Positions 29,152 through 39,390 of a stretch of 64,000 bases of DNA are shown here, in pieces (the stretch's first letter is position 1; each line of letters begins with the position of its first letter). Source of the DNA: an uncultured Gammaproteobacteria bacterium (GTDB taxonomy: Bacteria > Patescibacteriota > Microgenomatia > CAYQLK01); NCBI GenBank assembly GCA_964445355.1, contig CAYUKQ010000004.1, positions 1,028 through 65,027 of the forward strand. Reading direction: 5' to 3'. Under the pieces are notes generated by a model. That model was not told the origin of the DNA, did not search any database, and worked only from the letters and a program-made list of their open reading frames with translations. Position numbers and translations under genes: made by a program.

Positions 29152-31299
29152 ATGGAAAAAATTTACGAGCATAAGGAAATTGAAAGTAAAATATATCAGG
29201 AGTGGGAAAATTCGGGGTATTTTAAACCTGAAATAAATAGCGGGGATCCTTTTGTAATTATTATGCCTCCGCCGAATGCAAATGGTTTTATTCATATTGG
29301 ACATGCACGCGGCAATGTGATTCAGGATATTATGGTGCGCTTTGAAAGAATGCGCGGTAAGAGGGCTTTTATTCTTCCCGGAGCTGATCATGCCGGTATC
29401 CAAACGCAGGTTGTTTATGAAAGAGAGTTGGCAAAAAAAGACTTGAGTCGGTACAAGCTGGGTAGAGAAGAGTTTTTTCGGCAGGTTTATGAATTTAGTA
29501 TTAATAATCGCGACAATATGGAAAACCAAATCAGACACTTGGGTGTTAGTTGCGACTGGAGTCGAAAAAAGTTTACTTTGGAGCCGGATGTAACTCGTGT
29601 TGTTTATCAAACTTTTGTCGAAATGTATGAAGATGATTTGATCTATCAAGGCGAAAGGTTGATCAATTGGTGCTTTAGATGTTCAACGGCATTATCGGAT
29701 CTTGAGGTTGAGCACGAGGATAAGACTGACAAGTTGTATTTTGTACGTTATGAAATAGTTGATCCTGGCCTTAATGATCCGAAGTATTTGGTTGTTGCGA
29801 CAGTCAGACCAGAACCAATCATGATCGATACTCATCTGGCAATTAATCCTAAGGATAAGTTAAGAAAAAAATGGATCGGAAAAAAAGTAAAAAATCCCCT
29901 AACCGGAAAGGAGATGGAAATAATTGCTGATGAATTTGTTGATATTAAATTTGGTACTGGAATCGTCAAATTAACCCCTGGTCATGATAAAAACGATTAC
30001 GAGGCCGCAATTAAACATAAACTACCGATTGTGACCGTGATCGGACAAGACGGAAAGTTAAATGACAATGGCGGAAAATATGCAGGAATGAAGATTGCTG
30101 AAGCTAGACGCGAAGTAGTTGAGAATTTAACTGCGAATGGCCTGATAGAAAAAGTTGATGAAAAATATATACACAGTGTTGGAGTCTGCGAAAGATGTAA
30201 ATCGACTGTAGAGCAGCTGATCTCGACCCAGTGGTTTGTGGCGGTTAATAAGCCTGGTAAAAAATCTGGCAAGATCTTTGCGGAGGATGCAATAAAGGCG
30301 GTAAATGATGGCAAAATTAAGTTTGTACAAGCGCGACAAGAAAAAATCTTTAAACACTGGATGAATAATATTCACGACTGGTGTATCAGCAGACAGATAT
30401 GGTGGGGTCATCAAATTCCGGTATGGTATTGTCAGGACTGCAACGACCAATCCCCTATTGTGTCAATTGAAACTCCAAAGACGTGTAACAAGTGTAAATC
30501 AAAAAATCTTATTCAAGACTCAGACACGCTCGACACATGGTTCTCTTCCGGACAATGGCCGTATTCGACTTTGGGATATCCTGATTCAAAGGATTATGAA
30601 AATTTTTATCCGACTAGTGTAATGGAAACTGCATATGACATTATTTTCTTTTGGGTAGCCAGAATGATTATGTTTGGTATTTACAAAACAGGACTTCCAC
30701 CATTTAGCGAGGTTTATTTCCATGGAATAGTTAGAGACGACAAAGGTCAAAAAATGAGTAAATCAAAAGGAAATGTAATTAGTCCGATTGAAGTAGCTGA
30801 GCAGTACGGTGCGGATGCGGTAAGAATGTCGTTAATTTACGGCTCTAACGCGGATAACGATCTGAATTTGGGAATGGATAAAATTCGTGGAATGAGAAAT
30901 TTCACTAATAAAATATGGAATGCTTCCAGATTTGTTTTAGATTTTTACGATGGAGAAAACCACAGTGATGGCAAGAGTCCAAAAACAGAAGGATTCAATG
31001 AGGAAATATTAGAAAAAATTGAGGGTTTGCATGTAAAAATTACTAATAATTTTGAAAATAGAAATTTTACTGCCGCCGCGAACGAGTTGTATGAATTTTT
31101 TTGGCATTACTTTTGTGATGAGTATTTGGAAGAGGCAAAATCTGACAGAGAAAAATTCCAACCGACTTTGGAGTATGTGCTTGGACGACTACTTAAACTT
31201 CTCCACCCTATTACTCCGTATATTACTGAGGAAATTTGGGGGAAGCTCCCCTACTCTGACTCTAAAATTATTATAGAACCATGGCAAAACGTAAAATAA
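29152..31299 (+). CDS. valS: Valyl-tRNA synthetase (lacks C-terminal coiled coil)
   Basis: PPPNANG.IHIGH, DHAGI, DWCISRQIWWGH, DTWFSS, KMSKSKGN. Confidence 0.96.
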   Translation: MEKIYEHKEIESKIYQEWENSGYFKPEINSGDPFVIIMPPPNANGFIHIGHARGNVIQDIMVRFERMRGKRAFILPGADHAGIQTQVVYERELAKKDLSRYKLGREEFFRQVYEFSINNRDNMENQIRHLGVSCDWSRKKFTLEPDVTRVVYQTFVEMYEDDLIYQGERLINWCFRCSTALSDLEVEHEDKTDKLYFVRYEIVDPGLNDPKYLVVATVRPEPIMIDTHLAINPKDKLRKKWIGKKVKNPLTGKEMEIIADEFVDIKFGTGIVKLTPGHDKNDYEAAIKHKLPIVTVIGQDGKLNDNGGKYAGMKIAEARREVVENLTANGLIEKVDEKYIHSVGVCERCKSTVEQLISTQWFVAVNKPGKKSGKIFAEDAIKAVNDGKIKFVQARQEKIFKHWMNNIHDWCISRQIWWGHQIPVWYCQDCNDQSPIVSIETPKTCNKCKSKNLIQDSDTLDTWFSSGQWPYSTLGYPDSKDYENFYPTSVMETAYDIIFFWVARMIMFGIYKTGLPPFSEVYFHGIVRDDKGQKMSKSKGNVISPIEVAEQYGADAVRMSLIYGSNADNDLNLGMDKIRGMRNFTNKIWNASRFVLDFYDGENHSDGKSPKTEGFNEEILEKIEGLHVKITNNFENRNFTAAANELYEFFWHYFCDEYLEEAKSDREKFQPTLEYVLGRLLKLLHPITPYITEEIWGKLPYSDSKIIIEPWQNVK

Positions 31300-31826
31300 A
31301 ATATTCCCCGCATTTATTCCCGCATATTCCCCGCATTTATTCCCGCATAATTTTGGTGCTCGTTTTTTTGTTTATAGCTTCACTTTTAATTGAAAAAGGT
31401 AAAGCGTATGGAACAGTAAGTGAGGAAAATATTGAAGGAATTTATGAAAAATTAAAAGAACGCCCAAACTCCGAAATATTACACTATAAGTTAGCGAAGG
31501 CATTGCAAAAAAATGGCAACTTTGAAGAAGCTGTTAGAGAGTTTTTGATCGCGAAAGAGTTAGGGATTCCTGTTAATCTGGTTAATGATGCACTGATTCA
31601 GATTCAGGATTCAAAGGTAACACACTTGAAAATATCTACCGATTTGGAGCGCTGGAAAAAAATTGTTAGTGAAAAGCCCGATTACCGCGACGGATGGTAT
31701 CAGATCGCTTTACTTGAGTGGAGATTATCGAACAACATTGAGGCTAAGAATGCACTTATTAAAGCTTTGGAGTTGGACCCAAATTATGCACCCGCGAGGG
31801 ACTTCTATGCTTATTTGGAATCTTAG
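31281..31826 (+). CDS. Membrane-anchored TPR protein
   Basis: TM followed by TPR-like helices (PDYRDGWYQIA...ALELDPNY). Confidence 0.75.
   Translation: MAKRKIKYSPHLFPHIPRIYSRIILVLVFLFIASLLIEKGKAYGTVSEENIEGIYEKLKERPNSEILHYKLAKALQKNGNFEEAVREFLIAKELGIPVNLVNDALIQIQDSKVTHLKISTDLERWKKIVSEKPDYRDGWYQIALLEWRLSNNIEAKNALIKALELDPNYAPARDFYAYLES
31301..31346 (+). repeat. Exact 23-bp tandem duplication ATATTCCCCGCATTTATTCCCGC x2
   Basis: Read directly at 31301-31323 and 31324-31346. Confidence 0.9.
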
Positions 31827-31847
31827 AGATAGGCTTATTTAAGCAAA

Positions 31848-32534
31848 TTAGTTTTGGTCTGCGGATTCGGAAGTATCCGAGGATTGTTCTTCAACACCCT
31901 CCCCTTCCTCTGCCTTCGATGATTCCTCGGCCGCTTCAGCTTCTGCCTCAGCCTCTGCTTCGACCTCTTCCATTTCTTTGGTTACAAATTCTCCAATTGA
32001 AGCAACAACTAATTCGGCGTCAGATAGAATCTCTATCTTGTCGTTAATCTTAAGGTCTCCAATTGTGATAGTGTCACCAACCTCTTTGAGTGATTCTATG
32101 TTGACTTCAATTTTTTCTGGAAGATCTGCAGGTAAGGCTTCGACCTCAACTTCAGATACCGGAGTAAGCAATAAACCAATTTTGGTTTCTACGGCTGGGG
32201 ATTCGCCGATTACTTCTAATGGGACCTGAACTTTGACCTTTTCCGACAAATTAACTTTATAAAAATCAACATGAAGCATTTTTAAGGTAACTGGGTCTAA
32301 ATGCATACCCTTAACCAACACAGGATAATCTTTTGAACCAATTTTTAGATTGATAATGCCTGTTTCTCCACTTTTATGAAAGATGTTTTTAAATTCTTTT
32401 TCATCGACAGAAATATTCTCTGAATCAATTTTGTGTCCGAAAACGTGTGCAGGAATAATGCCTTGGGAGCGTAGTTTTTTGACTTTTTTGCCAGTTATTT
32501 CACGTGACTGGGCGGTCAGATTTAATTTGTCCAT
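31848..32534 (-). CDS. rplY: 50S ribosomal protein L25 (long, CTC type)
   Basis: KKLRSQGIIPAHVFG, HVDFY, VEALPADLP, acidic tail; upstream TTGACA-18 nt-TATACT (32618-32589). Confidence 0.95.
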   Translation of the reverse strand: MDKLNLTAQSREITGKKVKKLRSQGIIPAHVFGHKIDSENISVDEKEFKNIFHKSGETGIINLKIGSKDYPVLVKGMHLDPVTLKMLHVDFYKVNLSEKVKVQVPLEVIGESPAVETKIGLLLTPVSEVEVEALPADLPEKIEVNIESLKEVGDTITIGDLKINDKIEILSDAELVVASIGEFVTKEMEEVEAEAEAEAEAAEESSKAEEGEGVEEQSSDTSESADQN

Positions 32535-32631
32535 GATTGTTTATTATTATCGGATTGATAATACTAGATTAATTATAGTTGACGCGGAAGTATAATGCTA
32601 AGCTGGGTTCGATGTCAAGAAAACTCTATTC

Positions 32632-35361
32632 TTAATGATTAAGAGTAAGCTCGATTTTTTCAGAAGTGTTGGTGTTTTTAATAAATTCGATTTTTTGTTC
32701 TGAAAATAGAATGTCGCTATTTTGAGAGCTGGTGTGAAAAAAGTTTGGGTAATTAAATTCAAAATTCAAATCGATATTATATGTTCCGGCTTGTTTTTGA
32801 TAATAAAAGGAGTAATTGGATGTTTTTTGCGTTATGTCGATACCTTTAGGTTGTGTATAAAGAACATTAAGCGACTTTTCTGAACTAACTGGAATCAGTA
32901 TATTACCTGCAAAAAATGTTAAGACACCATCATCAAACGATTGAAATTGCCCGGTAATATCCTGACTATCCAGAGTAACTTTTTCAAGCTTTGAGCCGCG
33001 TGGAACAAAGATTCTTAAGTAATTTTTATACTCCCCTGCCGGCCAGCTATTACTTGGCGAATTATTAAGGTAATTAATTTTGAGATCAGAAAGAATATTG
33101 CCGTTTTTATCAAGATTAATTTGATAATTAAGCTTTTTTTTAAGATAAGCGTTGGATTTGTTGGCTCCAAGATTAGCATCAACAACCATTAAATAATCTT
33201 GAGTGCCTTGAGCGTCCGGCAAATAATTTTTGCCAGGTATTTTGTTAGCTAAACCTAAAGCGTCGAGCCCATACTCGACTTTTTGGTTAGAAAACGCAAC
33301 CTGCATACTTTGAGTTAATAGTGAGCGATCAATAATTGATAAGAACTCGGGTGTGAGGTATTTGCGGTCAGTCAATAACTGATCAACAAGTTTGCGTGAT
33401 AATAACGAGAAGAAATTTTTCTTTTGTCTTGAACCGGCAAAAAAATTGACTTCTGAGTATTTTTGTCCAAGCTCGACGATATTTTCAGATGTAACTGTTT
33501 CAGAGTAATCCTCTAATGTCACAGGGCCAACATATTCGAGAATTGATTTAATGAATTCCAGATCAATCGCAATTACCCCATCAATATTTTCGCCGGTTTC
33601 TTTGAGATAAAATTCTTTGATCACCGGGTAGTTGTTTTTAAAATCCGGATCCCAGTTAGCATCGCGCAAATACCAACCATCAACACCTAAATGGTCAACC
33701 AGCGGTGCCGGGGCGGGAATCTTTTGCTTTAACTGTCCGTCAATATCATATATGTCTCCAACTTTTAATGAACTGAATTTGCCGTAATTAAAATCCAGTG
33801 TGGAATATGAACCAATAAATCCCCCGCCCGGCCTCAACTCATTGTTATTCAAATTCAGTACAAGATACTTACGCCCTCCATCTGTTCCAATAATTTCAGG
33901 AATTAGCGGTGTTATGATCGAGGCTCTTTGAGAAATCTCATACAAATCTTTGATTTTGTCTTGATAAAGCTGAATTTGATCGCCAGCCGCAAATCTACTT
34001 AATTTTTGCGATTCTAAATATGATAACTGTAAGTTGTTAGATATTACGTTGATTTTGACAGACATTTCGGAGACAAGAGCATCTAATTCACCACCACCTT
34101 TACCCTCTTGGATTGTCTGACTTAGCGAGTTAGTGTTTCTAGCAATATCAACTCCTGAACTAAAAGCTCGTGCAAGATAAACACCACTTAGACTGAAGTG
34201 GTTTATGTCCCCTACTAAGCTAATTTTGTCTGAGATACCGGGAAAAAAATTAATTAATGAATATGCAACCAGATTACGGTTAAATTTTGCCTCAGAGAAT
34301 TTGATTCTTTGCAGAGCCTCATCATATTTTGATTCAATGACTTTGTTTTTGGCGATTTGCAGATCATAGATTGCTGAAAAGGAGTTAAGAACGACAAAAA
34401 TTATTGGGCTAAGTAAAATAATTATTAGACCTATAGCGATGTTAATATAATATTTTTTTTGTGATTTTCGATTATTTATCTTGACTGTTTTTTTGATCGA
34501 TTTTCTTGATTTGCCAGAAATTTCAATCGAACCAATTAGTTGTGCAATTGAGGTTTTGGTATTCCAGTTTATTTTTTGCGAACTTTTTTCAATATTTGCT
34601 TGATTTAGCTTGATGGTTGGATTGAAATAGTTATTGTTAACGAATATCTGAATTCGACGTTTAAATTGTTTGTAAAAGATTTCACGAATTAGTTTGGCAA
34701 TAGAATCAAGCGAAATTGGGGTGTGATTTAGTAATAAAATATTTCGCTTGTTTTTAAAGTCAATTAATGACCTTACTATTCCATAGCTGGCATCGTCAAT
34801 GCTAGTTGGAAAGATATGCTCTTTATGGTTGTTTGGTAGGGTAATTTTGCCGGTTTCGACCGCTTGTAGCAACAAATAATCTAAGATGCTTTTATAGTTC
34901 TGGTAGTTTTGTGAGTACAAAAACCCGACACGAATAATGCTTGCTTTAATTTTTTTTAATTTGATCAGACTATTTGTTCTCTCAATGGGATAGATAGGGT
35001 CGTAAGCATTTTCGGTTACGTAACGAAAATTTTTGGGATAAATAACTTTGCTGTTACTTATTTTTAAATCAAGAAACGGGTCGATATTTACCACTACTAA
35101 TATTGGCACTTGCAATAAAAGAGCAAGCTCAATGAACTCTTCAAATTGAATTTTCACGCGATTTTGCTGTTTATTTTTGCCGTCTAAATGATAAATAAAC
35201 AGCAAATGTGAAGGAGTAAATGAGGTTGAACTTGTTAATGATTGAAAATCGTATCCATCGTATCCAGCATCAGCGAGCTTAGTTAAAACATTGGATTTTA
35301 ATTCGGAGTTTGGACCCGAAACAAGGATTTTGTGGTAATTCAAAAGATTTTCTTGAGGCAT
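32632..35361 (-). CDS. DUF4012-domain membrane protein with degenerate N-terminal epimerase-like region
   Basis: YLVLNLNNNELRPGGGFIGSY, LRDANWDPDF, DGVIAID, DANLGANKSN, YKNYLRIFVP, QKQAG. Confidence 0.8.
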   Translation of the reverse strand: MPQENLLNYHKILVSGPNSELKSNVLTKLADAGYDGYDFQSLTSSTSFTPSHLLFIYHLDGKNKQQNRVKIQFEEFIELALLLQVPILVVVNIDPFLDLKISNSKVIYPKNFRYVTENAYDPIYPIERTNSLIKLKKIKASIIRVGFLYSQNYQNYKSILDYLLLQAVETGKITLPNNHKEHIFPTSIDDASYGIVRSLIDFKNKRNILLLNHTPISLDSIAKLIREIFYKQFKRRIQIFVNNNYFNPTIKLNQANIEKSSQKINWNTKTSIAQLIGSIEISGKSRKSIKKTVKINNRKSQKKYYINIAIGLIIILLSPIIFVVLNSFSAIYDLQIAKNKVIESKYDEALQRIKFSEAKFNRNLVAYSLINFFPGISDKISLVGDINHFSLSGVYLARAFSSGVDIARNTNSLSQTIQEGKGGGELDALVSEMSVKINVISNNLQLSYLESQKLSRFAAGDQIQLYQDKIKDLYEISQRASIITPLIPEIIGTDGGRKYLVLNLNNNELRPGGGFIGSYSTLDFNYGKFSSLKVGDIYDIDGQLKQKIPAPAPLVDHLGVDGWYLRDANWDPDFKNNYPVIKEFYLKETGENIDGVIAIDLEFIKSILEYVGPVTLEDYSETVTSENIVELGQKYSEVNFFAGSRQKKNFFSLLSRKLVDQLLTDRKYLTPEFLSIIDRSLLTQSMQVAFSNQKVEYGLDALGLANKIPGKNYLPDAQGTQDYLMVVDANLGANKSNAYLKKKLNYQINLDKNGNILSDLKINYLNNSPSNSWPAGEYKNYLRIFVPRGSKLEKVTLDSQDITGQFQSFDDGVLTFFAGNILIPVSSEKSLNVLYTQPKGIDITQKTSNYSFYYQKQAGTYNIDLNFEFNYPNFFHTSSQNSDILFSEQKIEFIKNTNTSEKIELTLNH

Positions 35362-35495
35362 TGAAGCAAAGTTTAAAAGAATCTTGACTAAGAAGCAATT
35401 ATGTAGTTATCAACAGAAGTAGATTTGAATTATAACGATGTGAAAACAAAAAATAATGAACAAAACTAACTTCTAAAGTGGGTTTGTGAGGAAAT

Positions 35496-35987
35496 TTAAC
35501 GGATGTACCTTAGTGAGAATATTGAAAGAAGACTTAAAACAGTAAAGGAAAATAACGAAACAAAAAATATTTTTAGATAATTCGGCTCGACGAGTAATGT
35601 TACTGAATCGCTTGCTGCCGGAAGTAGTTCAATATTTGAATTTATTTTTCTTAATTGAGTCATAACTTTGGGTTCTAAGTTTTGAAATTTGCTTTTTGAT
35701 TCTTGGATGTCTGGGCTGCTGGTTTTGAGTTCGATCACATTGACTGTTTTGTCAGCGGCAATAATTACCGGCTTATCAAGCCCTATATCTTGATTAAAGT
35801 CGGGGGAGTTAATGATTACAGTTAGTGTTTTTTCTAAATTATCAACATTAGATTTTTGCTGTGAAATTGAGTAGGTTTTGGAGGTTAGATAGTGTTTTGG
35901 ATTCTGATAGACATATCCGAGTGCAGAGATAATGATAATTATGAAAATAACTGAGATTGTTATTTTTTCGCTATTGAGTAATTTCAC
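35496..35987 (-). CDS. Two-TM protein, Wzz/chain-length-regulator-like topology
   Basis: TMs at both termini with an external domain between; next to flippase and ligase genes. Confidence 0.5.
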   Translation of the reverse strand: MKLLNSEKITISVIFIIIIISALGYVYQNPKHYLTSKTYSISQQKSNVDNLEKTLTVIINSPDFNQDIGLDKPVIIAADKTVNVIELKTSSPDIQESKSKFQNLEPKVMTQLRKINSNIELLPAASDSVTLLVEPNYLKIFFVSLFSFTVLSLLSIFSLRYIR

Positions 35988-36400
35988 GGTGTTTGATTGT
36001 CGAGTACAAGATTTGCTTGAGTGTCAGCCTCGTGATTCAGTTCACGTGGAATGTGTTGATAAGTAACGCGAGCAAACATGTTTTCTAATTGTTTAATTTT
36101 AATAAAGAAATCTCGAAGATTTGTGTTTTTAATTTTATACCTTCCGGATAGTTGTTCGACTGCAAGTTTGGAGTCAAGTTTAAAATTGAGAGTGGTCTGA
36201 TTACAGTTACTGTCGAGCATAACGACTTTTTCAAACGCTTCAATAATTGCAGAATACTCAGCTGTGTTATTGGTTGCGACACCGAGAAAACTGCCTCCTG
36301 AAAATATGGTTTCGTGAGAATTTTTAATTACAAACCCTGTTGATGCCGGTCCGGGATTTCCCCGACTTGCACCGTCAGTAAAAATTGTTAGCTCTGTCAT
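35984..36400 (-). CDS. rnhA: Ribonuclease HI
   Basis: TDGASRGNPG, TNNTAEY, DSKL, HIPRELNHEAD. Confidence 0.92.
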   Translation of the reverse strand: MTELTIFTDGASRGNPGPASTGFVIKNSHETIFSGGSFLGVATNNTAEYSAIIEAFEKVVMLDSNCNQTTLNFKLDSKLAVEQLSGRYKIKNTNLRDFFIKIKQLENMFARVTYQHIPRELNHEADTQANLVLDNQTP

Positions 36401-37641
36401 TTTTTTAATTGTTTGAAAAGTATAAGCGAACTGAGTAAAAGTATCATCATTTCACTAATTACCGTAATGTAGGCAGACGAAACGGCGCCGAATTGGGGAA
36501 TAAAAATTAGGTTGGCCAGAAAATTTAACAATCCAACTATTAAGTAAATAATACTAAGTATTTTTTGCCTGTTAAAGGTTACCAAAAGCCACATAACAAT
36601 AGCTGATAAAAAGAAGAATGGATAACCGAAAGAAAGAATTTTTAGTAATTTAATTGACGGATCAAAATTACTACCAGAGATAATCGTAATAATGATATTT
36701 GAAGTGAAAATAAAAAATATTGAAATAAAAATTGAAATTGTTCCGAGTAACAACGCAGATTTGTTAAATATTCGTTTTAGGTTGTTTTGGTTATCAAGAT
36801 TTTTGAGAAAAACAGGGAAGAGCGAGTTTGAAAAAAATATTGGAATGACTAATACTGTTTCAAAGATCCGGTAAGCTAACCCGTAATATCCAACTTCTTC
36901 GGGTGAACGTAGCAGTCCGAGAAGAATTGTGTCGATACGAAAGTAAATTAAATTTATGACCAGGGTTATTCCTAGAGATACTGAACTAACTGATAGTTTT
37001 TTGGAATAAGTTTGGTCGAACTTTGGCGATGGTTGAAATCCAATCCGGTTTAATAATCGATATGCAATTAAAAAGAGTACGGCGTTTGAAAATGTGTAGG
37101 CCAAGACTAATAAATAAAGATTTTTGAATGGAATAACAACCACAATTAGAATTAAGCTGGCAAGGCTGGAAATAATTGTGGCAACTGAAGACAGGTCGTA
37201 TCTTAATTCTTTTTGAAAAACCGCGTTGAGTGTATTAAATAAACCTTGGAAAAATATAGTAAAAGAAGCCAGAAAAATTCCAAATTTGACTCCCTGACTA
37301 AATCCGCTTCCATCATTTCCATTGTAAGGGAGGGGGAGGGCTAAAAGAATACAAAAACCAGTTAGAAGCCCGGAAGTAACAATTCTTAGGGCGAAGAATT
37401 TATTGAAGTCTCTTTTAAAATTTTCTTGCGCGGTCTGTTTTAAAAAAGTTGCGTTAAATCCAAAATCTGCGATTAAGTAAAAAACCGAAACAAAGGACAT
37501 TATTTTGACAAATTCACCATACTCAAAGACAGATAATTGCCGGGTAATTAACGCGGTAACAAATAAAGATACGGACACAGTAGCCGTCTTGGCAATTATT
37601 TGATAAATCGTATTTTTTGAAACTTCTTTGAGATTAGACAT
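36397..37641 (-). CDS. Polysaccharide flippase (Wzx, MOP family)
   Basis: About 12 TMs, ADFG, YFRIDTILL, VGYYGLAYR. Confidence 0.87.
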   Translation of the reverse strand: MSNLKEVSKNTIYQIIAKTATVSVSLFVTALITRQLSVFEYGEFVKIMSFVSVFYLIADFGFNATFLKQTAQENFKRDFNKFFALRIVTSGLLTGFCILLALPLPYNGNDGSGFSQGVKFGIFLASFTIFFQGLFNTLNAVFQKELRYDLSSVATIISSLASLILIVVVIPFKNLYLLVLAYTFSNAVLFLIAYRLLNRIGFQPSPKFDQTYSKKLSVSSVSLGITLVINLIYFRIDTILLGLLRSPEEVGYYGLAYRIFETVLVIPIFFSNSLFPVFLKNLDNQNNLKRIFNKSALLLGTISIFISIFFIFTSNIIITIISGSNFDPSIKLLKILSFGYPFFFLSAIVMWLLVTFNRQKILSIIYLIVGLLNFLANLIFIPQFGAVSSAYITVISEMMILLLSSLILFKQLKK

Positions 37642-38987
37642 TAATCCAAGTCTAGCATTTTATTTAAGGCCAAAATCAATCCGATTAATACTCCGAACAG
37701 ATATATTGCCTGAAAACTAGTCATAAAATAATGATCAACCATTAATCCGTAACTATAAATAACCACTAAGGGGAGAATTAGTTCTCTTCCTGTATGAGAC
37801 TTAAATATTGCCGGCAGGCGCGTAATTAATGGCAGAGTCAGATAAAGAATGAAGATAAAAAATATAATTCCATATTCTGCAAGGAAAAGTATAAAAAAGT
37901 TATGAGGAGGCTGAAAAAGGCGTAAATTAAACCCTTTAAAAAAATATTCTTGAGCAGAAAGAAGATAATTGCCGGGACCTACTCCAAAGAAAAAATGGTC
38001 GATAAATACTTTTATACCAATAAGGTTAAGCTCAATTCGTTCGGTAATTGATTTTGATTCGGGTGTGAGATTAGTAAAAATGTAGAAGGGTATTACTACA
38101 GCTAGAGCTAGAAAGATCAATATTATTGTCTGTGATTTAAGTTTTAGTTTTATGAACCTAAGAACCAAAACAGACAAAAACATTAGAATTCCTGCTCTGG
38201 AAAAAGCTGTGAACATGGCAATAAGCAAAAGAAGAAGTGTGAATAAATAAAATAACTTTGTTAAATGATTTTTGACTGAGCGAAAGATAAAAAGTAAATA
38301 GACAATTGAACTTATTAAGACCAAACTGAAAATGTTGGGATGGGGGGATGTGCCGTAAGCTCTAAGGAAACTAAAATTCCCTATCTGGCCGAGTGCAATA
38401 TTTGGAGTAAGGGAGTTAAAAAAGTACGATCCAATTATCGAAATATTAGGGGATACGCCGGAGAAAAATTGAATTAGGCCGATAATACTCGAAATAACTG
38501 AGCCGGATATTAATCCAAGGGAAAATAATTTAACTAGGTTGCTAAAGTTTTTGGGGGATGTTGATGACAAACGAAACACAACCGTAATCAGGGTTATGAA
38601 AAAAAATAGTCGAATCAGGCTAAAAAAATATAAAGTCTTGTTTAAAGATTCAAGATACCAGATCAAAATAAAGGCAATCAGAATAATTGACCTTGCGATG
38701 ATTTTCCCGGTGGGATAGGGAATAAACAATTTATATTCACGTGTAAATATTATGATTAAAAAAATAGCTAGAAGTAGATCTGAGGCTCGAATATAAAAAA
38801 TGAAATAGTCTGTCAAAAAACCAAAAATGTAAGCTTGTGACAAGTCAAGCTTATACCCGGTTTGAAAACTGAGACTGAGTCCAAAAAGAAATAAGGTCAG
38901 TGAGTATAAAAGGCTGAAAAAATTATGCCTTGGGAGAGACAATAAGTTTGCGGAAACGGCCTTCACCTTCGGATTTTGTTTCAACAT
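37641..38987 (-). CDS. O-antigen ligase / Wzy_C family membrane protein
   Basis: RAYGTSPHPN, FSRAG, GVGPGNY, PHNFFILFLAEYG, DHY; start overlaps jag. Confidence 0.85.
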   Translation of the reverse strand: MLKQNPKVKAVSANLLSLPRHNFFSLLYSLTLFLFGLSLSFQTGYKLDLSQAYIFGFLTDYFIFYIRASDLLLAIFLIIIFTREYKLFIPYPTGKIIARSIILIAFILIWYLESLNKTLYFFSLIRLFFFITLITVVFRLSSTSPKNFSNLVKLFSLGLISGSVISSIIGLIQFFSGVSPNISIIGSYFFNSLTPNIALGQIGNFSFLRAYGTSPHPNIFSLVLISSIVYLLFIFRSVKNHLTKLFYLFTLLLLLIAMFTAFSRAGILMFLSVLVLRFIKLKLKSQTIILIFLALAVVIPFYIFTNLTPESKSITERIELNLIGIKVFIDHFFFGVGPGNYLLSAQEYFFKGFNLRLFQPPHNFFILFLAEYGIIFFIFILYLTLPLITRLPAIFKSHTGRELILPLVVIYSYGLMVDHYFMTSFQAIYLFGVLIGLILALNKMLDLD

Positions 38988-39390
38988 CGGGATTGTTTTC
39001 TAGGGTAAGGTGAATTACTCTGCGTTCAAACGGCTTAAGATTGGAGAGACTTTGTGGTTTGTTGGAAAATTTTACTTTTTGGACAACTTTGGCCGCTAAC
39101 TCTTTTAGTTCTGATTCGCGGTTGGTTTTCCAATTGTCAACATCAACAACAATATCCGGCAACTCTTCGCCCGGAAAAAGTTTGAAGATTGTTGTGTGAA
39201 GGATTGTTTGTAGAGAGTCTAAATTCTCACCGTGTCGTCCAATAAGCAAACTAGAGTCTGAACTATCAATATTAAATCTCAAAGATCCATCTTCTTGAGC
39301 GACAGAGGATATTTCTGCGGTAATGTTTAATCTAGATAAGATTTTTTCAAGCTGATCAAGGACCTTGTCCTCAAGATTATTTTTTGTCAT
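38923..39390 (-). CDS. jag: Jag/EloR (KhpB)-like KH + R3H RNA-binding protein
   Basis: LLIGRHGENLDSLQ, ERRVIH, SEGEG..R; follows yidC. Confidence 0.9.
   Translation of the reverse strand: MTKNNLEDKVLDQLEKILSRLNITAEISSVAQEDGSLRFNIDSSDSSLLIGRHGENLDSLQTILHTTIFKLFPGEELPDIVVDVDNWKTNRESELKELAAKVVQKVKFSNKPQSLSNLKPFERRVIHLTLENNPDVETKSEGEGRFRKLIVSPKA

Noticed and set aside
29098-29649. 183-aa minus-strand ORF
   Set aside because: Antisense shadow of valS with no motif
31301-31349. Possible CRISPR repeats
   Set aside because: Copies abut with no spacers and no cas genes are present
32604-32616. GGGTTCGA, resembling a tRNA T-loop
   Set aside because: No cloverleaf; it lies in the spacer of the rplY promoter
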